64,000 bases of DNA from an uncultured virus (IMG/VR IMGVR_UViG_3300033074_000309) (taxonomy: Duplodnaviria > Heunggongvirae > Uroviricota > Caudoviricetes): the IMG/VR virus record IMGVR_UViG_3300033074_000309; one strand, written 5' to 3'. Positions 58,548-64,000 of this stretch are shown here, in pieces. Under the pieces are notes generated by a model. The model had not been told where the DNA came from, ran no database searches, and was given only the letters and a program-made list of their open reading frames with translations. The position numbers were made by a program, and so were the translations under genes. Every line of letters begins with the position of its first letter. The first letter of the stretch is position 1.

Positions 58548-59018
58548 ATGAAAATAGAAGATATTATTAAAAAGAATAAAACAAATGCTAATATAACAAA
58601 AGCATTAGCAGGAAAAAAAGTTACTTTTGCTACAAGTATTTATAGTTCTGGTCAAGGAATTGCTATTGGTACTAAAATAACAATAATTAATTGTCAAGGT
58701 TCTTTACAAGCTCCTTATTATGGATATTATTCTGTACAAACTCCTATAGGAGTTAGAAGTGTATATGGATGTGAGCTTAAATTTGAAGCAGATTCTATAG
58801 AAAGTATTAAAGAAGATATTAAAGATTTAAAAAAATCTATTGAAGAACAAAAAGAAGAAGTTAAAGTTTTAGAATCTAAAATTAAGTTTATGGAAGAAAA
58901 TAAACTTGAATCATATGATGAAAATGTATTTAAAGCTTATCATACATTAAGTATTATTAGTGAAGGTACAACAACTATAGAGAAAGCTAAAGCTATTGCT
59001 GAACTATTTAAATCATAA
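58548..59018 (+). CDS. Hypothetical coiled-coil protein
   Basis: 156 aa; last + strand gene. Confidence 0.55.
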   Translation: MKIEDIIKKNKTNANITKALAGKKVTFATSIYSSGQGIAIGTKITIINCQGSLQAPYYGYYSVQTPIGVRSVYGCELKFEADSIESIKEDIKDLKKSIEEQKEEVKVLESKIKFMEENKLESYDENVFKAYHTLSIISEGTTTIEKAKAIAELFKS

Positions 59019-59022
59019 TAAT

Positions 59023-59060
59023 AAAGCCCTGAAGGATTAATTTCCAACAGGGCTTTTTTT
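59023..59060. terminator. Probable bidirectional terminator at the convergence point
   Basis: AAAGCCCTG...CAGGGCTTTTTTT between converging genes. Confidence 0.7.
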
Positions 59061-59075
59061 AATAACCGTAGCGAT

Positions 59076-59612
59076 TTAAGAATTACTTTTTAAATATCTT
59101 ATAGTTTCTTCTAGTATTAATATATTATCTTTAAAAAATCCTAATCCTATGTTACAATTAGTACACAATAGTCCTCTAACTTTACCAGTAGTATGATCAT
59201 GATCAATAGCTAATTGTATACCACTTTTACTAGGTTTTTTACAAATTTTACATAAATTATTTTGTTCTAATAACATTTTTTCATATAACTCTACAGATAT
59301 ATTATATTGTTTTGTTTTTATCTTTTTTCTATGACAATCATTACATGAAGGAAATTTTTTATATTTATTTCTACTTTTAAAATCTATAATACTTTTAACT
59401 TCTTTACAAGTAGAACATAATTTTGTACCATTATCAAATTCTATAGCTTTATAATTTGGATCACCTTCTTTTCCTAACAAAGGTCTTCCTTCTTTCTTAA
59501 TACATATACAATTTTTACAATGACTAGAGTATCCTCTTTTTCTATTAGATTTTTTAGAAAACATTTTCAATTCTTTAAATTGATTACATTTACTACATTT
59601 TAATTTTTCCAT
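59076..59612 (-). CDS. Endonuclease VII-type HNH nuclease
   Basis: Q...C.IC, L.IDHDH.TG.VRGLLC..CN.GLG.FKD. Confidence 0.88.
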   Translation of the reverse strand: MEKLKCSKCNQFKELKMFSKKSNRKRGYSSHCKNCICIKKEGRPLLGKEGDPNYKAIEFDNGTKLCSTCKEVKSIIDFKSRNKYKKFPSCNDCHRKKIKTKQYNISVELYEKMLLEQNNLCKICKKPSKSGIQLAIDHDHTTGKVRGLLCTNCNIGLGFFKDNILILEETIRYLKSNS

Positions 59613-59620
59613 TTTTCTTA

Positions 59621-62600
59621 TTATTTATAAGATTGATATTTCACATCTTTCTTATAGTTTCTAGCAACTTTAGCAATAGGTGCAATAACTGGTGTTACAT
59701 CAATTAATTTTGCTGTAAATTTATTTTCATTCTTACGACTTCCTGAAGTATATATATCTTTCTTACCTTGTAAACCAAATATATGTGGAAATGCTACCAT
59801 ACAATTAATAACATCACTAGTTGTTTTAGCTAATGCTATAGGTTTTAATACTGTTTCAGTATAACTACCAGGATTATAAAAGTATAATAAATCTCCAGAT
59901 AATCTATCTAATTGATCCATTGTAAACTTATAATATGGGTTTTTCTTTAACTCTTCATCATCATCACCAAATGCTCCCATAGCTATAAAACTTAAAGTAG
60001 CAGCTAAAGCAATAACAATCTCAGCTAAATTCTTCTTCATATTATAAAGTTCAAGTTCTGTCATATTACCAGCTTGTAATGCTTTTAAATCCCCTTCTAA
60101 AGCTCTTTTAAGCAATCTCCAGCCTGTTTTATACCTTCCCTCTACTTCCACACCTAAATCTACATTAAAGTGCTTAGATTCAAATCTAGACTCTATCGCA
60201 GCAGGTATCCATTTCTTGAACTGCATCATCATTCTAGGTAATACTTGTTGTGATATAGCTGCAGCATCTCTACTAGAATAACGACCATGAATTTTATTAT
60301 TTACCTCATAACACTTATTAATAAGTCTTTTTAATTCAGTTTCAGTAATATTCTTACCTTTTTCAGTAGTTTTACCATCAGAATCCATATAACCATCTTT
60401 TAACAAGATAGCTACCATAGTTCTATTCTGTAACCAAGTTTCACCTAGTTTCTGTGGCATATACATAAAATTCTCAACTTTCTCCTTATTAATACCTTTA
60501 CCAGTAGATACTTGTTCAACAGTTTCATAATCTTCTAACTCTTGTAAGGGCCCTATTTTATCTCTCCAATGATTTAAATCAGAGTCTTCATTTAAAGCAT
60601 CTTTAAAGAATATATTACTAGCATCTTTTAAGTTAGTTAATGTATAGAATCTACCACCAAATGCTTCAATAATGTTACCAATATCACCTACAAGTAAGTT
60701 AGTTACAGCATTAATAGGATTTAAACCAATTCTAAGTAAACTATTATACTTCATACCAAAGTCAGCAACTTTAGAACCATGAACATACTTTTCACCAATA
60801 GGATTACCTTCTTCATCAGTAAGTGTACCTACTTTAATTTTAAGTTCATCTTTTTTCATATTACCTTTAACCTGCATGTCAATAACAGTATCAATAAACT
60901 TATAGATATTAGTTTCAACACCTTTAATAGCTATTGTAGGGTCACTAGACTTAGTAAATGATTGCTTACCTAGTTGATTTTGCATAGACCTAATAGTAGG
61001 TAATATCTCAGACATTTCCTCATAGTTATTAGCAAAGTTTACAAATTTAGCAAGATTATCACCTAAGTTTTTAGATTTCTTAGATGCATCCATACTAGCA
61101 ATAAACTTTAAAGGAATTAAGTCTTGAAACAAACCTTCATCAGCTACAAAAGTACCATCTTGGAATTGTTTAATATTAATACCTGTAAGATTAGAAGCCA
61201 TTTCTAACAATTGTTTACTCTTAGTAGTTTCATCAGATTTTAATGCATCTTTTAGACTATTAGAAGATATATTAGCAATAAACTCTGGGTTGATTTTAAC
61301 TGGTAACTTACTAGCAGCTTCTGTTACAAGGCTAGTATGAAAATCATAAAATCTTTTAAGAGCTGGAGTATTCTGGATTTTAGTGTAGTTTTCATTAATA
61401 TATTTTTTGTTTTTAGGAATCCACATATTAAGACTACTCTCATATTTACCTATCTTACTTAAAGCTTCATATCTTTCACTCTTAGGTAATTTAAAAGCAG
61501 CATCTATTTCTTTATAGAACTCTGGTGTAAATCTTCTAGTTAGTACTGTAGTATTCTTATGTTCTTGAATAAACACATTATACATATCTTCTTCAGATAT
61601 ACCATTATCTTTAGACCATTGTCTTAAAGCTTCAACTTCTTCCTTAATAGAATGTAAGTTTTCTTTATTCTTAGCAGAAACTTTAGATTGAACTTCTTTA
61701 ATCATCTGGTGAATAGTTCTAGCAATATAGTTAGGACTGTTTGATAACTTACCAAACCATCCTGTTAACTTACTAACATCACTAGTTCTACCAAAGATTT
61801 CTTCTTCAGTAATTTCCCTACCTTCAGTAGCTCTATCATTAATCTCTTTAACCATATATTCTTGTACAATAGGTTGTAATCTCTGTTCAAGACTCATAGC
61901 ACGTTGAGCTAATGCTGGTACTTTAGCTAGTTTACTAAATGTAGTTTCAGCAGCATTAATAGTTTTATTATCTAACTTAAGTTCAATATCAGGATCCTCA
62001 ACATTATTTAACATTATTTCAAGGTTGTCAAGTAACTCATTACCTAAATCAATAACAATTTGCTTATTACCAGTAGCTTCTAATTCTTCTAAAGCAGCTT
62101 TATTTTTTTTAATTTTATCTCTTAAGATAGGAAAATCAGGATCATCTTTATCAAGACTAGATAACTTATCAATATTTTTCTTTAATTGTTGTTTAAGATA
62201 TACAAATTGTTCTTTAATATCTTCAACTTTAGATTTAACTTTAGTAGTATCTACTTGAAAATAAACACTATTCTCTTTAGAAACTTCATCAAATGCTACA
62301 ACTTCTTTATTAATAATCTTACTAGCTAAGTCTTTAATAGTATCTTCTAATCTATCATTACGTTTAAATAATGAAATGAATTTATCTATTAACTGCATAA
62401 TAGCACCAAATAACTTAAATTCTGCTTCAGTTTTAGGTTCATATTGTTTAACTAAAACCTTAGCTATCATTTTACCTATTACTTCATGTTTTAAAGCAGT
62501 TTCATTGTTTTTGTATAATGCAACATATTTAGGGTCTAAAGTACTCTTATAATCCGTTCTAGACAGTAAATTGAATGCTTTCTTAACTAAAAAATGATCT

Positions 62601-64000
62601 TCACCTAAAGCTAATGTTAAACTATGAGCAATCTCTTCAGATAATGTATCTATACCAGCTTTACCTTCATTAATATAAACTATTTTATTAACTGCATCAT
62701 AAGCAGCAGTATAATCACCACCAAATTGCTCTACTAATGAATCAACAAACTTAATTTGAATACCATTGATTTGTGCAAACTCTTTTAAGTCTTGCTCAAG
62801 TTTGGTATTTTTTTTACTAACCGTATCTTTAGATTTATTTTGTAATAAAATATTACTTAAATCTTTCTCTGTTAATACAACTTCGTTCCATGTATTACCA
62901 TATTCATCTGTAATTTGTTTTATATTTTCTTTACCATATTGTTTAACAAGAATATTTTTTACAGTATTTTCATAGAATAATCCTGTATTTGCTAAATTAA
63001 TTTGGTTTTGATTTTTAGCATCTTCAATACTTTGTATTCCTGTGTTAGGACCTTCTATTTTAACAACAGTATTGCCACTAGGAAATAATACTTTCTCATA
63101 TCCTTTTTTAGCACTATCTTGGATAATAGATTTAATAAAGAATGTTACCCAATTATTATTTTTATTTAGAAGTTGTAGGAATTGGTTTTCGTTTGAAAAT
63201 GCAAGATCGTCTGGAGTTCCATATTTTGAATTAAATTCATTATATGTCATCCCTATATATTCTGGGCTGTCCGCAAAAAACTGATAAAACTCTTCTTCTG
63301 AAATTTCACTTCTATCTTTTGGCCTAAATAATAGATTCTTATCCCTACCTTTCTGAAATAAATCAGATTGTACTTCAAGAATACGCCTTGTTTTAGTAGA
63401 TTCCCTTTTAGAAGCAATTGGTTGCAGACCAAATATATCATTATTATCAACATCTTCTTTTGTTAATTCTCCACCAATTGTTTGATCGTCACTTCTAAAC
63501 CAACCTATACCATTATCTGTAGCAAATTGAGCATGTCCTTTAATTGAAGGTGTAATATTAGGTGTAGCTATTTCTTGTTCTGTATAATTAGTACCTCCAG
63601 GAACTGTTAGATTAGAATAATATTGAGTAGGAGTATTTTGTTCTAATACATCAGCAGTTATTTCTTCAGATTCATCAAATGGATTGTCATATACATTTGT
63701 ATATTTATTACTTTTAGCAGTATTAATCTCAACAGTATAACTATACTTAGCTACAAAATCTAATAACTTTTCTTCAATAGTATTACCTTCAGATTGTCTT
63801 AATAATTCAACCTGTTCTTTAGGAATAGCTAAATCACTCTGTACTTTCTTCCAGAATTGATCAGTATCCTTCATTTGTTTAAACCAACCATTAATTTTAC
63901 TAATGTTTGATTCTACTTTATTTACTACTTTTAAATCAAAATCAACTTTAGGTTCCCCTACTTGATAAAATACACCATTAGCAGTATCTATTTTTTTAAA
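59621..64000 (-). CDS. Giant virion cargo/polyvalent protein, 5' end outside the window
   Basis: Frame stays open 42 codons upstream of the listed ATG to position 64000; EVQSD..Q motif; zincin-like LSEEIAH; helical C-terminus with MQFKKW. Confidence 0.65.
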   Translation of the reverse strand, partial: FKKIDTANGVFYQVGEPKVDFDLKVVNKVESNISKINGWFKQMKDTDQFWKKVQSDLAIPKEQVELLRQSEGNTIEEKLLDFVAKYSYTVEINTAKSNKYTNVYDNPFDESEEITADVLEQNTPTQYYSNLTVPGGTNYTEQEIATPNITPSIKGHAQFATDNGIGWFRSDDQTIGGELTKEDVDNNDIFGLQPIASKRESTKTRRILEVQSDLFQKGRDKNLLFRPKDRSEISEEEFYQFFADSPEYIGMTYNEFNSKYGTPDDLAFSNENQFLQLLNKNNNWVTFFIKSIIQDSAKKGYEKVLFPSGNTVVKIEGPNTGIQSIEDAKNQNQINLANTGLFYENTVKNILVKQYGKENIKQITDEYGNTWNEVVLTEKDLSNILLQNKSKDTVSKKNTKLEQDLKEFAQINGIQIKFVDSLVEQFGGDYTAAYDAVNKIVYINEGKAGIDTLSEEIAHSLTLALGEDHFLVKKAFNLLSRTDYKSTLDPKYVALYKNNETALKHEVIGKMIAKVLVKQYEPKTEAEFKLFGAIMQLIDKFISLFKRNDRLEDTIKDLASKIINKEVVAFDEVSKENSVYFQVDTTKVKSKVEDIKEQFVYLKQQLKKNIDKLSSLDKDDPDFPILRDKIKKNKAALEELEATGNKQIVIDLGNELLDNLEIMLNNVEDPDIELKLDNKTINAAETTFSKLAKVPALAQRAMSLEQRLQPIVQEYMVKEINDRATEGREITEEEIFGRTSDVSKLTGWFGKLSNSPNYIARTIHQMIKEVQSKVSAKNKENLHSIKEEVEALRQWSKDNGISEEDMYNVFIQEHKNTTVLTRRFTPEFYKEIDAAFKLPKSERYEALSKIGKYESSLNMWIPKNKKYINENYTKIQNTPALKRFYDFHTSLVTEAASKLPVKINPEFIANISSNSLKDALKSDETTKSKQLLEMASNLTGINIKQFQDGTFVADEGLFQDLIPLKFIASMDASKKSKNLGDNLAKFVNFANNYEEMSEILPTIRSMQNQLGKQSFTKSSDPTIAIKGVETNIYKFIDTVIDMQVKGNMKKDELKIKVGTLTDEEGNPIGEKYVHGSKVADFGMKYNSLLRIGLNPINAVTNLLVGDIGNIIEAFGGRFYTLTNLKDASNIFFKDALNEDSDLNHWRDKIGPLQELEDYETVEQVSTGKGINKEKVENFMYMPQKLGETWLQNRTMVAILLKDGYMDSDGKTTEKGKNITETELKRLINKCYEVNNKIHGRYSSRDAAAISQQVLPRMMMQFKKWIPAAIESRFESKHFNVDLGVEVEGRYKTGWRLLKRALEGDLKALQAGNMTELELYNMKKNLAEIVIALAATLSFIAMGAFGDDDEELKKNPYYKFTMDQLDRLSGDLLYFYNPGSYTETVLKPIALAKTTSDVINCMVAFPHIFGLQGKKDIYTSGSRKNENKFTAKLIDVTPVIAPIAKVARNYKKDVKYQSYK

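Noticed and set aside
1..64000. Stop-codon reassignment (code 15 or 4), as in some crAss-like phages
   Set aside because: Capsid, portal, terminase, PolB and the giant ORF are intact in code 11; fragmented genes are explained by introns or insertions; no suppressor tRNA seen.

Overview
A 64 kb segment of a very AT-rich crAss-like (Crassvirales-type) phage genome, read in standard code 11. Recurring TTG-N19/20-TAnnTTTG promoters point to a Bacteroidota host. 1-17100 (- strand): virion and packaging module (terminase, portal, major capsid, ring/tail genes) plus tRNA-Thr. About 17250-59020 (+ strand): an early/accessory region with tRNA-Trp, an interrupted tRNA-Lys, tmRNA, a DUF2828/vWA (Ro60/TROVE-like) gene and several structured non-coding tracts; then PolB, a phiEco32-like ATP-grasp/COOH-NH2-ligase/amidoligase/GATase cluster, helicase, Sak4-like ATPase, SSB, primase, exonuclease, class II RNR and dUTPase. 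59076-64000 (- strand): EndoVII-type nuclease and a giant virion-cargo-like ORF running off the window. Four group I introns can be mapped to the nucleotide, and there are about ten homing-endonuclease-like genes. The most novel-looking signal is a family of small RNA modules (7-bp stem + 3 nt + CWGCAA, often carrying an anticodon-like hairpin) flanking the Ro60-like gene, one copy of which sits, circularly permuted, inside the anticodon stem of a tRNA-Lys. All family assignments come from motif recognition by eye, not database searches.
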